64,000 bases of DNA from NCBI GenBank assembly GCA_038230375.1, contig JBBRNJ010000008.1, positions 64,001-128,000 of the forward strand, in the 5' to 3' direction. The notes below the pieces were generated by a model. It did not search any database. It worked only from the letters and a program-made list of their open reading frames with translations, and was not told the origin of the DNA. Numbering within the stretch: position 1 is the first letter of the stretch; each line of letters starts with the position of its first letter. Shown here piece by piece: positions 48,876-58,607 of the stretch. The position numbers were made by a program, and so were the translations under genes. This DNA is from Polyangiales bacterium. Its GTDB lineage: Bacteria > Myxococcota_A > Polyangia > Polyangiales > Polyangiaceae.

Positions 48876-51022
48876 AAGCCACCACCGCCGCCGCCGAAGT
48901 CGTCGTCGTCGCCAATCATCTCGGGCCGGAGCGAGGGAGTGCTTGGATCGTCCACGTCGGGCGTGCTTCCTCGTTCGTGCATGGAGTCCGGCGGGCGGAT
49001 GGAGTCGGGCGCAGGCGGGAAGCCCGAGCTCGACGGCGGGCCCCCGCTGTTCGTCCCGAGCGCGTTCTTGTGATCGAGGAACCGCAGCGTGCCGGGCCCC
49101 GACGTGCGCTCGAGCACGCTGCGCAGGTCGCCGGGCATCGGGCCTTCGACGATCATCCGCTGGCCCGAGTGCGGATGCTGGAACTCCAGACGCACGCAGT
49201 GGAGGAACGTCCGGTCCAGGCCGTTCTTCTCCTCGAAGAAGCGGTTCGTGGGCGCGTGTCCGTAGCGCGCGTCGCCGAGTACGGCATGGCCGATCGCCGC
49301 GAGGTGTCGACGAACCTGGTGCACGCGCGCTTGCTCCGGGATGACGCGCAGGACCGAGTGACCGCTTGCGATCGCCAGCCTGCGATAGCGCGTGCGCGCC
49401 TGACAGAGCTTCCCGTCCTCGCGCAGCTCGCGCGTGATGGCGCCCTTGGATGGCGTCACACCTCGCGTGGCCACCACGAAGACCTGGCGCGTGCCCGGGT
49501 GGTCGAAGATCTCCTTCCAGCGCGCCAGGAGCTCCGGCGTGCGGACGAACACAACAAGGCCGGAGGTCCCGGACTCCAGCGTGGTCACGGCGACCGCGCG
49601 CTCCGCGCCAGGAAGCCTTCGTGTGCGGTCGGTCAAGGAGACGCGCGAGCCGACGCTCTTTTCTGTGGTCTCCGCGCTGGGGCCAGATGGGCGGGACTCG
49701 GCCTCCACGTTCTCGTGCGCGCATTTCTCGACGATGAGGATCTCGTCGTCGTCGTAGGAGAGGCGCGGCGCGGACAGCGGGCCCTTGCGGAGGATCGCGA
49801 TCGTCTCGACCTCGTCCGTCAGCGGGATCATGTCGAGCGGAAGCAGGTTTTGCGCCGCGTAGCCGAGCCGCGCGAGGTGATCCAGGTCGCGCGCAAGCGT
49901 GTCGGGGTCGCAGGACACGTAGCAGAGCACCGGCGCTCCGAGCTCCGTCACCAGCTCTCGTGCGGTCGCGCTCATCCCGCGTCGTGGCGGGTTCACCACC
50001 ACCGCGTCGAAGCGCTCCTTCTTCTCGCACAGGACGCGCAGGGCCGACGCACTGTCCGCGTTCTGCACCGTGAGCGGTAGCCCCTGTGCGACTGCCGCCT
50101 CACGCGCGCTCTCCGTTGCGGGGCCGAAGCTCTCGACCAGGTGGACCGCGGCGCCCAGCGCAGCCAGGGAGAGCCCGATGGCCCCCGAGCCGCCGTACAG
50201 ATCGAGCACGCGCGGAGGTGCCTTCCCGCCCGTCTTGACGTGCGGCAGGCCAAGCGCCTCGGCCAGGATGTCGTGCACGCGCTCCGCCTGTCCGCGGTGC
50301 GCCTGGACGAACGAGCCGAAGGTTGCAATATGCACGGATTTGCCGAGGCGATCTTGCACCTTGTCCACGCCCGCGAGAGTCTGGGTCTCCGAGCCCAGGA
50401 TCTGCGGCGACTCGCCCTCGTGGAAGTTCGCCGCGACGCCGACGATCTCGGGGATCTCGCGCGTGAGAGCAGCGGCGGTCCGCGCCAGGCCCTCGCGATC
50501 CGGCGCGGTGTTCTTCTCCACCACGAAAGTCACGAGCGCACGGGGCCCCTCGGGCGTTGTCACCTCGCGCAGATCTACCGCGCGCAGGGCTCCGTTCTGT
50601 CCGTCGAATGGGCGCAGCGCGCCGTTCTCCGCCTCGTCCCGCGCGATCAGCGCGCGCACCGCGCCCGCAACGCGGAGCAGCAGCGGGGATAGTACGCGGC
50701 ACTTCGGAATGTCGACCACCTGATGCCCGCCGCCCTTGCCGAAGAGCCCGAGCCTGCCAGACGGCGCCACGATGAGCTTCGCCCGGGTGCGATACTCGAC
50801 GACCGGGTCGGCCGGCACGACGGGCTCGGTGTAGACGAGCTCGAGTGTGGCGTAGCGGGCGACAGACTGGACGACGCGCCCGCGCTTGACGATCAGCTGA
50901 TCGACATAGGAGAGCCCAATGACGGGACAGCCGCCGCATCGGTCCGCGTGCTCGCAGACGACGCGTTCGACTGTTGCTCCGCCTCTATGAGCAAACAGGC
51001 CCGAGTCGCGACCGAGCGACAT
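48872..51022 (-). CDS. rlmD: 23S rRNA m5U methyltransferase (RlmD-like) fused to an RluA-like pseudouridine synthase domain
   Basis: C.H..CGGC, YR.R, SFVQ, LDLYGGSG, NPPR, YVSCDP.TLARD; then TSGL, HQVR.HL..IGH.VLGD..YG, LH; start uncertain. Confidence 0.82.
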   Translation of the reverse strand: MSLGRDSGLFAHRGGATVERVVCEHADRCGGCPVIGLSYVDQLIVKRGRVVQSVARYATLELVYTEPVVPADPVVEYRTRAKLIVAPSGRLGLFGKGGGHQVVDIPKCRVLSPLLLRVAGAVRALIARDEAENGALRPFDGQNGALRAVDLREVTTPEGPRALVTFVVEKNTAPDREGLARTAAALTREIPEIVGVAANFHEGESPQILGSETQTLAGVDKVQDRLGKSVHIATFGSFVQAHRGQAERVHDILAEALGLPHVKTGGKAPPRVLDLYGGSGAIGLSLAALGAAVHLVESFGPATESAREAAVAQGLPLTVQNADSASALRVLCEKKERFDAVVVNPPRRGMSATARELVTELGAPVLCYVSCDPDTLARDLDHLARLGYAAQNLLPLDMIPLTDEVETIAILRKGPLSAPRLSYDDDEILIVEKCAHENVEAESRPSGPSAETTEKSVGSRVSLTDRTRRLPGAERAVAVTTLESGTSGLVVFVRTPELLARWKEIFDHPGTRQVFVVATRGVTPSKGAITRELREDGKLCQARTRYRRLAIASGHSVLRVIPEQARVHQVRRHLAAIGHAVLGDARYGHAPTNRFFEEKNGLDRTFLHCVRLEFQHPHSGQRMIVEGPMPGDLRSVLERTSGPGTLRFLDHKNALGTNSGGPPSSSGFPPAPDSIRPPDSMHERGSTPDVDDPSTPSLRPEMIGDDDDFGGGGGGF

Positions 51023-51085
51023 GTCCCCGAGGATATCCAAATTTCGCCCGTGTGGCTCGGGAAAGGCTTGCTACGCTTCTTTCGC

Positions 51086-52528
51086 TTGAGCACGTCGTCC
51101 ACCACCGTCCGACATGAGCGCAAGCTCCCCGAGCCGGGAACGGTCCTCGGCGAGAAGTACAAGCTCCTCCGTATCATCGGCGAGGGTGGCATGGGGGTCG
51201 TGTACGAGGGCGAGCACGTCCGTATGGGGCAGCGCGTCGCGATCAAGATGCTCTTGCCCGAGACGATCGATCAGGCGGACGTTGTCAAGCGGTTCGACCG
51301 TGAGGCTCGCGCAGCTGCACGGCTCAAGAGTCGACACGCCGCGCGCGTCACCGACGTCGACCACACACCGGACGGCTTGCCGTACATGGTGATGGAGCTC
51401 CTTCATGGCTCCGATCTGGGAGACATCCTGGCCGACCGCATCAAGCTGCCCGGCACCGAGGCGGTCGACTACATGCTCCAGGCCTGCGCCGCGATCATCG
51501 AGGCGCACGATCTGGGCATCGTCCATCGCGACCTGAAGCCAGCCAACCTGTTCCTCTCGGACGGGCCGGATGGGCAGATCGTGAAGCTCCTCGATTTCGG
51601 GATCTCCAAGGTCACGGGCGAGACGTCAAAGCTCACGAGCGCGGAGTCCATGATGGGAACACCGCTGTACATGTCGCCTGAGCAGATCCGCTCCGCGCGC
51701 GACGTGGATGCACGGACCGACGTCTGGTCCTTGGGCGTGATCCTCTACGAGCTGCTCTCCGGCGACGCGCCCTTCACCGGCACCACCACGCAGGTGGCTG
51801 CAGCGATCGTCACCGACGACGTTCCACCGATCCTGACTGCGCATGGGGTGTCGCCACAGCTCCAGGCGGTCGTGCTCCGCGCGCTGACGAAGGATCGCAA
51901 CACCCGAACGCAGAGCGCGCGCGATTTCGCAGCTGCACTGCTGCCGTTCGCCCTCCCGTCCTCCACCGGCGCGCAGGCGATCGAGGGCGCGCTGCGGTCG
52001 TCCGTTGGCGCCGTTGCGGGCGCCTCCCTTGCCCCGCCCCCGTCGCGCTCGGCCTCCACGCTCAACCCCACGACGGAGAAGAAGCTCAGCGCCCGCAGCG
52101 CGACGTCGCGCGTAGCCATGGGCCTCGTCATCGGCGCGTCGGCGCTCGCGGCGGCAGCCGTGGTCGCCCTCATCGTGTGGAAGAGCGGTGCAAAAGCCCC
52201 GGCGACCTCCGCGATCAGGGACGAGGTTCCGCGAGTGCTTTCATCCAGCGTCGCTTCCAGCGCCCCGGTGGTGAGCGTGGGCACGACCGCGACCAGCGCC
52301 GACCCGGCATCCACAGCGATTCCGGTCCCGCCCATTGTGACCGCGGTCCCCATGGTCGCGTCATCAGGCGCATCCACTGCGAGCTCCGCGATTGCGAACA
52401 AGCCTCAGCCTGGCGCCAAACCAGTCGGCAAGCCGGCCGCCACCCCGAGCGCACATCCTGCCGGCGCTGGAACTGGCCCGCGTCCGCCTCCCAGCGTCGC
52501 AGCGCCCGAGCTGCCGACTCACATCTGA
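51086..52528 (+). CDS. Membrane Ser/Thr kinase
   Basis: GEGGMG, VAIK, HRDLKPAN, DFG, GTPLYMSPEQ; TM helix; start estimated (TTG). Confidence 0.93.
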   Translation: MSTSSTTVRHERKLPEPGTVLGEKYKLLRIIGEGGMGVVYEGEHVRMGQRVAIKMLLPETIDQADVVKRFDREARAAARLKSRHAARVTDVDHTPDGLPYMVMELLHGSDLGDILADRIKLPGTEAVDYMLQACAAIIEAHDLGIVHRDLKPANLFLSDGPDGQIVKLLDFGISKVTGETSKLTSAESMMGTPLYMSPEQIRSARDVDARTDVWSLGVILYELLSGDAPFTGTTTQVAAAIVTDDVPPILTAHGVSPQLQAVVLRALTKDRNTRTQSARDFAAALLPFALPSSTGAQAIEGALRSSVGAVAGASLAPPPSRSASTLNPTTEKKLSARSATSRVAMGLVIGASALAAAAVVALIVWKSGAKAPATSAIRDEVPRVLSSSVASSAPVVSVGTTATSADPASTAIPVPPIVTAVPMVASSGASTASSAIANKPQPGAKPVGKPAATPSAHPAGAGTGPRPPPSVAAPELPTHI

Positions 52529-52579
52529 GAAGAATTCGCGCAACCGGTTGCTGCGCGCTCGCATCGTATTGGGCGTGCG

Positions 52580-53212
52580 TCAGAACGTGAAACGCGAGAA
52601 GACCGCGGCGCCGAACACGCGCGGGGAGTCCACGCTCTGCGCTTCGCGGCGATCGCGAATGAAGTACGTCGAGTTGAACTCGGCCACCATGTCCCAGCGC
52701 GGCGCCAGGTGCGCCTCGATGCCGAGACCTGACTGCGTCGCGATCTCCACGCCGTAGCGCATGCCCGGAAGCGACGTGGTGTCGATGCGCCACTGACCCA
52801 CGCCGAGCTGAACGAACGGAGTGATGCGACCCGAACCGAGGCGCACGCGGCTCATCACCATGCGCGTGTTGCGCGTGAGACGAAGCTCGTCGGAGAGGGC
52901 CATGGGCGCGCCGTAGAGGCGGAAGCCCTCGCCCCAGTCACGGGCCACGAGGCTGACCTTCGGAGCGACCCCGAACCACGCGTTGCCAAGGCCGCTCGGC
53001 TCGTGGCTCCGCACGCTCGCGTCTTCCGTCTTGCGGGGCGCGGTGGGCGCCTCCTTCACGAACTTGCCACGCATCACGTCGGTGGCGGCTCCGTAAAGCT
53101 TGTCCCACTCGACCGACCCAGCCTCGTCAGCCGCGCACGCTGTGCGGGGAACGGCGGTCACGGCGACTGCCGCGACACATGCAACCGCAAAGCTGAGTGA
53201 TGCGTAGGACAT
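52580..53212 (-). CDS. Secreted protein, probable small outer-membrane beta-barrel
   Basis: Signal peptide; ITPFVQLGVG, GLGIE; ends FSRFTF (C-terminal Phe); alternative start 53248. Confidence 0.65.
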   Translation of the reverse strand: MSYASLSFAVACVAAVAVTAVPRTACAADEAGSVEWDKLYGAATDVMRGKFVKEAPTAPRKTEDASVRSHEPSGLGNAWFGVAPKVSLVARDWGEGFRLYGAPMALSDELRLTRNTRMVMSRVRLGSGRITPFVQLGVGQWRIDTTSLPGMRYGVEIATQSGLGIEAHLAPRWDMVAEFNSTYFIRDRREAQSVDSPRVFGAAVFSRFTF

Positions 53213-53260
53213 GCGGCGACGGTAATGAACTCTACCGGTCGTGGTCATGACTCGCTACCT

Positions 53261-53276
53261 CGCAAGCCGCGTGCCC
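53261..53276 (-). promoter_or_regulatory. Sigma-54 promoter candidate
   Basis: GGGCACG-CGGC-TTGCG in a roughly 340-bp intergenic region. Confidence 0.65.
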
Positions 53277-53585
53277 TTCACTTCGGAGGGAGAAGTCGCG
53301 GCATCGGATCACGCGAGCGCACCGCGCCGCACGAGCACACACAGCGGCATTCCGGGCGCGATCGTCTCGCATTTCGAGCAGTGTCCTCCCTCCTTCTCAC
53401 CTGATCCGCGGGTGTTTCGGCGGATCGATGGCGGGAACGGCGGTGTTCACGCCGACTTGAGACGCAATCGTGTTGCGGAGAGCGTGCCTCAGCTGGATCG
53501 CGATTGGCTCAGCCGCAGCGCCTCACCAAACCGCTACGCCATGCGCGATTTTGTCGCAGCCGCGCGACAGAGGCGCAAACGCTCC

Positions 53586-54920
53586 CTATTGCGCGCGGAC
53601 TGCCATGGGCCAGGTGTGTGTGACGTTGCCGCTCCTGGACACCAGCTCGAACGTCGCCTGGCCCTGGCTTGGCCTTGCGGTGAGCGTGATGGACAGATTG
53701 ATCTTGGAGCCGTTGTGAACCAGCGAACGATCGACCTCCGGGGCGCCGCCGCTCGGCCCGCCGAGCACGTCACTGCCGCCCCTGTAGTGCGTGGTCTCCT
53801 GGACCTCGAGGGTCCAGTCGTCCATCGCAGCGTCCGAGAACGCCGTCAGTGGGATCACCTTGGTGCTGCCCACCTTGATGGCGATCGCGTTCGTCGCCTG
53901 GATCGGTGTGTTCGGCGCCACGTTGAAGTAGGGGCCGTTGCCGACGGGCGCGGGTACGCAGGGGTCATGGCTGCCTGCCGCCGCTTTGTTCGACCATGAG
54001 CGCTGGACGATGAAGCTGCTCTCCACGTACGTGACGCTGCCGTTGAAGCCCAGCTCGCAGAGATCACCGACCTCGCCTCCAAAGCCCGCCGTCCAGACCT
54101 GGTTTTGCATGTAGTATGCAGGGTTTCCCACGTGGGGGTCCGTGGCGGCCTCGATGAACTCGTGGCTGGCAGAGAGCGTGAGCTCGCCGGTGCTGTTTCC
54201 GCAGCGCGGCATGATCGCGTACGCTACGTCTACGGGCGCTCCGAGGACGCCTCCTTCGACGACGCCACCATCAACGACCTCCGGCGGCGTGATGGTCACG
54301 CTGTTGTGGTACGCGCCGAAGTCCATGCAGCTATTCGCGCTGTCCAGCACGATGCTCACGCTCGACGGGAAATAGATGGCGTACAGCGTGTCTGCATCCG
54401 GCGTGGGGAACGAGCCGTCTGCCACGTGCGCCTTGATGAAGTCCTGGATGCTGGTCGGTGTGGAGAACGCGCTGTCGGTGTAGCTCTTGGCGGGGGGATC
54501 CGAGAGGTGAACGTGACCACCGGACGAGCCCTGGCCCACGCAGGTGTTCTTGTCGTCGCAGTAGCCATCCGTGACGGCGTCCCACCACTTGGTCTGCGTG
54601 ATGGTGTCGCCGAGCTGCTCGAGGAGATCGCGCTTGGTGTCGCCGTCGAACGTGATGGTGACGATCTTCGCGTTCTTCAGGATGGGGCCGCCGGTGTAGT
54701 CCGCGAGCGGGATCGGCGTGTGGGCGGCCGGGTAGTGCGTGTCCAGCGGGTCGGGCGGAAGGTCGCCCTCACCGGCGTCTGCCTGCGGCGGGCCTGCGTC
54801 CGGATCGATCACGCCCGTGGGGTCCGGCGTCGCTTGCTTCGCGGAGCTGCCTCCACATGCGGCGGCCGAGAGGGTGACGAGCGAGGCACCGATGGCGACG
54901 AGAAAACGGAGGCGAATCAT
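53586..54920 (-). CDS. Lipoprotein with Phi-1/EXORDIUM-like domain
   Basis: AAAC lipobox; Y.GGPIL, AYH, SHEFIEAATDP, EVGDLC, VQRSWSN. Confidence 0.7.
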   Translation of the reverse strand: MIRLRFLVAIGASLVTLSAAACGGSSAKQATPDPTGVIDPDAGPPQADAGEGDLPPDPLDTHYPAAHTPIPLADYTGGPILKNAKIVTITFDGDTKRDLLEQLGDTITQTKWWDAVTDGYCDDKNTCVGQGSSGGHVHLSDPPAKSYTDSAFSTPTSIQDFIKAHVADGSFPTPDADTLYAIYFPSSVSIVLDSANSCMDFGAYHNSVTITPPEVVDGGVVEGGVLGAPVDVAYAIMPRCGNSTGELTLSASHEFIEAATDPHVGNPAYYMQNQVWTAGFGGEVGDLCELGFNGSVTYVESSFIVQRSWSNKAAAGSHDPCVPAPVGNGPYFNVAPNTPIQATNAIAIKVGSTKVIPLTAFSDAAMDDWTLEVQETTHYRGGSDVLGGPSGGAPEVDRSLVHNGSKINLSITLTARPSQGQATFELVSRSGNVTHTWPMAVRAQ

Positions 54921-54982
54921 GAATGGACCTCCTTCTAGCGGACGAAGGGGTTGGCGCAAGACGAATGCGCCCGCAGAACCCA

Positions 54983-55007
54983 GTAACCGTCGCCGGTCTC
55001 ACGCGTA
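54983..55007 (+). promoter_or_regulatory. Putative ECF (SigF/EcfF-type) autoregulatory promoter
   Basis: GTAACC-N15-CGTA upstream of the ECF-NrsF pair. Confidence 0.5.
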
Positions 55008-55108
55008 GAACCTACAGAATGGGGTCTTTCACGGTACAGCTCGGCGCGGTGTCTGGCATGTCCAGCATGGCCGGCTCCTGCCTCATCGGTCCGGCTGCGG
55101 GTCATGGT

Positions 55109-55741
55109 ATGACCGCGTGGCTCATGGCCGGAGCCTCCGCATCTTCCCCCGACTCCACCGCGCTGCGTCTTCGCGAGGCGATGGAGCGGTATGCGCAGGG
55201 CGACGACGCCGCGTTCGCCGAGCTCTACGACCTGCTCTCGCCGCGGCTGCTCGCCTTCTTGACGCGCATGACCAGGGATCGCGTGACGGCGGAGGATCTG
55301 ATGCAACAGACCTTCCTCAACATGCACCGCGCCCGCGGCCGCTTCGCGCCCGGCGCCGAGGTGACTCCGTGGGCATTCGCGATCGCGCGCAGGCTCTTCC
55401 TGGACTCCACGCGCCGCGGCAAGCGCGAGGTGCTCGAGCGCGGGGAACGCAGCGGAGACGCGGATGACGAGCGGTCGATCTTCGACCTCGTGGAGGCCGC
55501 GGGGGCCACCGCCGAAGAGCTCGTCGACGCAAAGTCGCTCGCGAGCGTGATCGAGGGCGCTCTGTCCGAGCTGCCCGAGCAGCAGCGCGAGGCCTTCGCG
55601 CTCATCAAGCAAGAAGGGCTCTCGGTCGCGGAAGCGGCAGGCATCCTTGGCACCAGCGTGGGGGCCGTGAAGCTCCGCGCTCATCGCGCGTACGAATCGT
55701 TGCGGACGGCGCTCGGCAAGAAGGGCAGGGCGCCATCATGA
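55109..55741 (+). CDS. ECF RNA polymerase sigma factor
   Basis: AFAELY, AEDLMQQTF, W.F.IARR, LPEQQREAF, GAVKLRAHRA; start uncertain. Confidence 0.93.
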   Translation: MTAWLMAGASASSPDSTALRLREAMERYAQGDDAAFAELYDLLSPRLLAFLTRMTRDRVTAEDLMQQTFLNMHRARGRFAPGAEVTPWAFAIARRLFLDSTRRGKREVLERGERSGDADDERSIFDLVEAAGATAEELVDAKSLASVIEGALSELPEQQREAFALIKQEGLSVAEAAGILGTSVGAVKLRAHRAYESLRTALGKKGRAPS

Positions 55742-56400
55742 GCGAGAAGCCGGATCTGCGCGCCGCCATTCTTGCGGCGGTGAAGAAGGAGCCATCGGCC
55801 ACGCGCACGGAGGTCTCGGCCCACGTGCGGCTGGTGCTCACCGTCGCGGGGATCGGGCTCGCCCTGGCCTTCTTCGTGCTCGGAGGCGTGAAGCTCGGCG
55901 ATCGCCCTGTCTCGTTTGTCCTCCACATCGCGCTCGTCTGGTCGATGGTCGCGGCGGCGTCCGCGCTCGCGCTCTTGCGTCGTGGCGCGACGGGGCTCGG
56001 TGCTCCCACTGCGACGTTGCTCGGCGTGGGCATGGCGGTCGCGCCGCTGCTCGCGGCGAGCTACCTGGGCCTACACGTGTCCGACGCACCTGGGATTGGC
56101 CACGACCACGTGGGAGCGCTCGCGCACCCGATGTGCTTCATCATGACCATCGCGTTCACCATCGCTCCTTTCGCGGTCTTTGCGGCGCTGCGTCGCGGCG
56201 CTGACCCGGTGCACCCGGCCGCAACGGGCGCGATCGCAGGCGCAGCAAGCGCGGCGGTCGGAGGTGTGGCGATCACGCTGCACTGCCCGCTCTCGGCGGA
56301 CCTTCACGTGCTGCTCGGGCATGCGCTGCCCGCTGTCGTGATGCTGCTCGTAGGGTTCGCGCTCGGGCCGCGGATTTTCGGCGTGCGCGCAGCGCGGTAA
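55738..56400 (+). CDS. nrsF: NrsF/DUF1109 anti-sigma factor
   Basis: Multiple TM helices, conserved Cys (PMCF), RRGADPVHP..TGA, LHCP; ATGA overlap with the sigma gene. Confidence 0.82.
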   Translation: MSEKPDLRAAILAAVKKEPSATRTEVSAHVRLVLTVAGIGLALAFFVLGGVKLGDRPVSFVLHIALVWSMVAAASALALLRRGATGLGAPTATLLGVGMAVAPLLAASYLGLHVSDAPGIGHDHVGALAHPMCFIMTIAFTIAPFAVFAALRRGADPVHPAATGAIAGAASAAVGGVAITLHCPLSADLHVLLGHALPAVVMLLVGFALGPRIFGVRAAR

Positions 56401-56427
56401 CGCGGAAGTTCGTGTACGCTCGGAGGC

Positions 56428-57285
56428 ATGGCATCGCGCGCGCTTCTGGCTCCGTTGGTCACCACGCTTGCTGTGTCGGCGGCGCTCTTCGTGCCCGGCT
56501 GTGGTGGCGGGCAGTCGCAGGTGTCGTTCGTTTCTCAGGAGCGACCGGACAACGGAGGCGAGACCAGCGTGCGCCTCCACAGCGAGCCCGGCGGCGAGCG
56601 AGAGCTCCCCTCCGACTCCGAGATCGTCGAGCCCGAGCACCCGCTCGTGGGCACCAAGTCCGAGCGCGCGCTCGTCCACATCCACACGCCCGACGGAGTC
56701 TGCTCGGGTGCGGTCGTCGGCGCGAGCACGGTCGTGACTGCGCAGCAGTGCATCAAGGGCTTTCCGGCGGGCTCCAACATCGTCCCCGAGGGGCGTGATT
56801 TCCACGTGGAGGTCGCCTCCAGCTCTCTCACCTGGACGCAGCGGCGCGTGAAGAAGATCGTTCTCCCGTCGTGCGAATGGGCGGACCTGGACGTCGCGGC
56901 GCTGATCCTGGAGAGCCCGGTGGAGTGGGTCGTCCCGCTCACGGTCGGCACCATGCCCGGCCCCGGCGCAATGGTCGAGGCGCTCGGCTTTGGAACGTGC
57001 CCGGGCGAGCCGCACACGAAGGTCTCGCACCAGGGCGGCATCCTCAACGTCGAGAGCGAGGCCTCCGTCGTGGACGTGCGCCTGTGCCGTGGCGACGTCG
57101 GCGGGCCAATCGTCGATCACGCTGGCGGCGACATCGTTGGCATCATCTCGCACCGCGACGATCCGGAAGGCTCACCGCGCCAGACCACCACGGTCTTCCG
57201 CCTGGACACGCCCTCCTCACGCGAGCTCCTGCAGCTGGCGGAGAAGTCGGAGCCCGGAAAGCTCAGCATCGCCTGCAAGCGCTGA
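56428..57285 (+). CDS. Trypsin-like (S1) lipoprotein, catalytically degenerate
   Basis: CSG, VTAQQC (normally TAAHC), DVAAL, GFG, CRGDVGGP (normally GDSGGP). Confidence 0.82.
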   Translation: MASRALLAPLVTTLAVSAALFVPGCGGGQSQVSFVSQERPDNGGETSVRLHSEPGGERELPSDSEIVEPEHPLVGTKSERALVHIHTPDGVCSGAVVGASTVVTAQQCIKGFPAGSNIVPEGRDFHVEVASSSLTWTQRRVKKIVLPSCEWADLDVAALILESPVEWVVPLTVGTMPGPGAMVEALGFGTCPGEPHTKVSHQGGILNVESEASVVDVRLCRGDVGGPIVDHAGGDIVGIISHRDDPEGSPRQTTTVFRLDTPSSRELLQLAEKSEPGKLSIACKR

Positions 57286-57316
57286 CCTCCCGATCGCCTG
57301 TCCCCCCACACACAGC

Positions 57317-57781
57317 TCAGGGCCTCTTCTGTAGACGCAAGGAACGTCGCGCTTCTCCGTCCGCTTGCGACGCGCGGACGTGATCCGAGTCCATCACCAG
57401 CGGTGGCACCTTCGTGGGCTTGCGATCGTCGTCGATGGCGACGAAGGTGAGCCGTGCATCGACGCACGGCCACCGCGCGCCGGTTCGCGAGTCCTCGCCC
57501 TCCACGACGACCTCGATCTCCATCGACGTGCTGAAGACCGCGTTGACGACCGCGTGCAGCCGCACGACCTCGCCGACCTTCACCGGCTTCTGGAACTTGA
57601 GGTCGTCGACGAACGCGGTGACGCACAACTTCCCTGAGTGACGCTGGGCGCAGATCGCCGCGCACAGATCGACCCATGCCATGATCTGGCCGCCGAACAC
57701 GTTGCCCATGGCGTTCGCGTGCTGAGGCAGGACGTACTCGGTCATGTCCGTGCGCGAGACGCTCTGATGTCGGGACTCCAT
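57317..57781 (-). CDS. Acyl-CoA thioesterase (YciA-like hotdog fold)
   Basis: VLPQHAN..GNVFGG.IM.WVD, TSMEI, TFVAID. Confidence 0.93.
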   Translation of the reverse strand: MESRHQSVSRTDMTEYVLPQHANAMGNVFGGQIMAWVDLCAAICAQRHSGKLCVTAFVDDLKFQKPVKVGEVVRLHAVVNAVFSTSMEIEVVVEGEDSRTGARWPCVDARLTFVAIDDDRKPTKVPPLVMDSDHVRASQADGEARRSLRLQKRP

Positions 57782-57873
57782 CCCGAGGAGCTTGTCCTCG
57801 AAAGCGCGAAAACGAAACGGCTCATCGAAAAAAGCACCGGACCGCCTTGCACGATCGCGGATCGCGGGTTAAT

Positions 57874-57891
57874 GAATGAACGTTCACTCCG
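57874..57891. promoter_or_regulatory. TetR operator candidate, copy 1
   Basis: GAATGAACGTTCACTCCG with palindromic core TGAACGTTCA, abutting the tetR ATG. Confidence 0.75.
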
Positions 57892-58479
57892 ATGCGCGCC
57901 TCCCAAACAGCTACGCGAGATCCCGAGCAAAAACGAGAGGCTATCCTCGACGCCGCGCTCGAGCTCTTTGCGGACCGCGGCTTCCACGGCACCTCGATCC
58001 CGGATCTGGCGGAGCGAGCCAAGGTGGCCGCCGGGACGATCTACCGGTACTTCGCGAGCAAGGAGGCGCTCGTGAACGCGGTCTACCAGCGCGAGAAGAT
58101 GGCGCTCGCGAAGGCGCTCGTTCCGAAGGACATGTCGACGTCGGCGCGCCTCATGCTGCACGCGTTCTTCGTCGCTGCCTGCCGCTACGCGCGCGAGCGC
58201 CCGCTCTCGCTCGCGTTCCTGGAGCACCACCATCACAAGGACTATCTGGACCAGGCGAGCCGCGATCTCGAGCAGCGAATGTTCGCGCCGGCCCTGATCT
58301 TCCTGCGCCAGGCGCAGGAGCAGATGGCGGTGAAGAAGTGCGAGCCGGAGATGCTCATCGCGCTCGTGTGGGGCATGTTCAACGGCCTCGTGCGTGGTCA
58401 CGAGGAGAAGAGATTCGCGCTCGACCCGAAGGCGCTCGCTGAAGCCGAAGAGTGCATCTGGCAGGCGATCAGGGCGTAG
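57892..58479 (+). CDS. TetR/AcrR family regulator
   Basis: ILDAALELFA.RGF.GTS...A.RA.VA.GTIYRYF.SKE. Confidence 0.95.
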   Translation: MRASQTATRDPEQKREAILDAALELFADRGFHGTSIPDLAERAKVAAGTIYRYFASKEALVNAVYQREKMALAKALVPKDMSTSARLMLHAFFVAACRYARERPLSLAFLEHHHHKDYLDQASRDLEQRMFAPALIFLRQAQEQMAVKKCEPEMLIALVWGMFNGLVRGHEEKRFALDPKALAEAEECIWQAIRA

Positions 58480-58483
58480 GCGA

Positions 58484-58585
58484 AGGTCGAGGTCGAGGTC
58501 GAGGTCGAGGTCGAGGTCGAGGTCGAGGTCGAGGTCGAGGTCGAGGTCGAGGTCGAGGTCGAGGTCGAGGTTGAGGTCGAGGTTG
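58484..58585. repeat. Intergenic hexamer tandem repeat (AGGTCG)n, 17 units
   Basis: 14 perfect units, then AGGTTG AGGTCG AGGTTG. Confidence 0.95.
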
Positions 58586-58607
58586 GGGCTTGAAGTTTGG
58601 CTTTGCG

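Noticed and set aside
50723..51085. Long overlap of the kinase with the RlmD fusion
   Set aside because: Kinase homology starts near 51130; the upstream open frame is a shadow. An out-of-frame ATG at 51114 could indicate a 1-nt error but cannot be tested here
53241..53999. ORF on + across the intergenic region
   Set aside because: No recognisable motifs, overlaps a supported gene antisense, and the region is better explained as regulatory
58484..58585. Possible CRISPR array or RS-repeat protein (ORF 58394-58666)
   Set aside because: Pure hexamer tandem with no spacers and no cas genes; the ORF is open mainly because the repeat lacks stops
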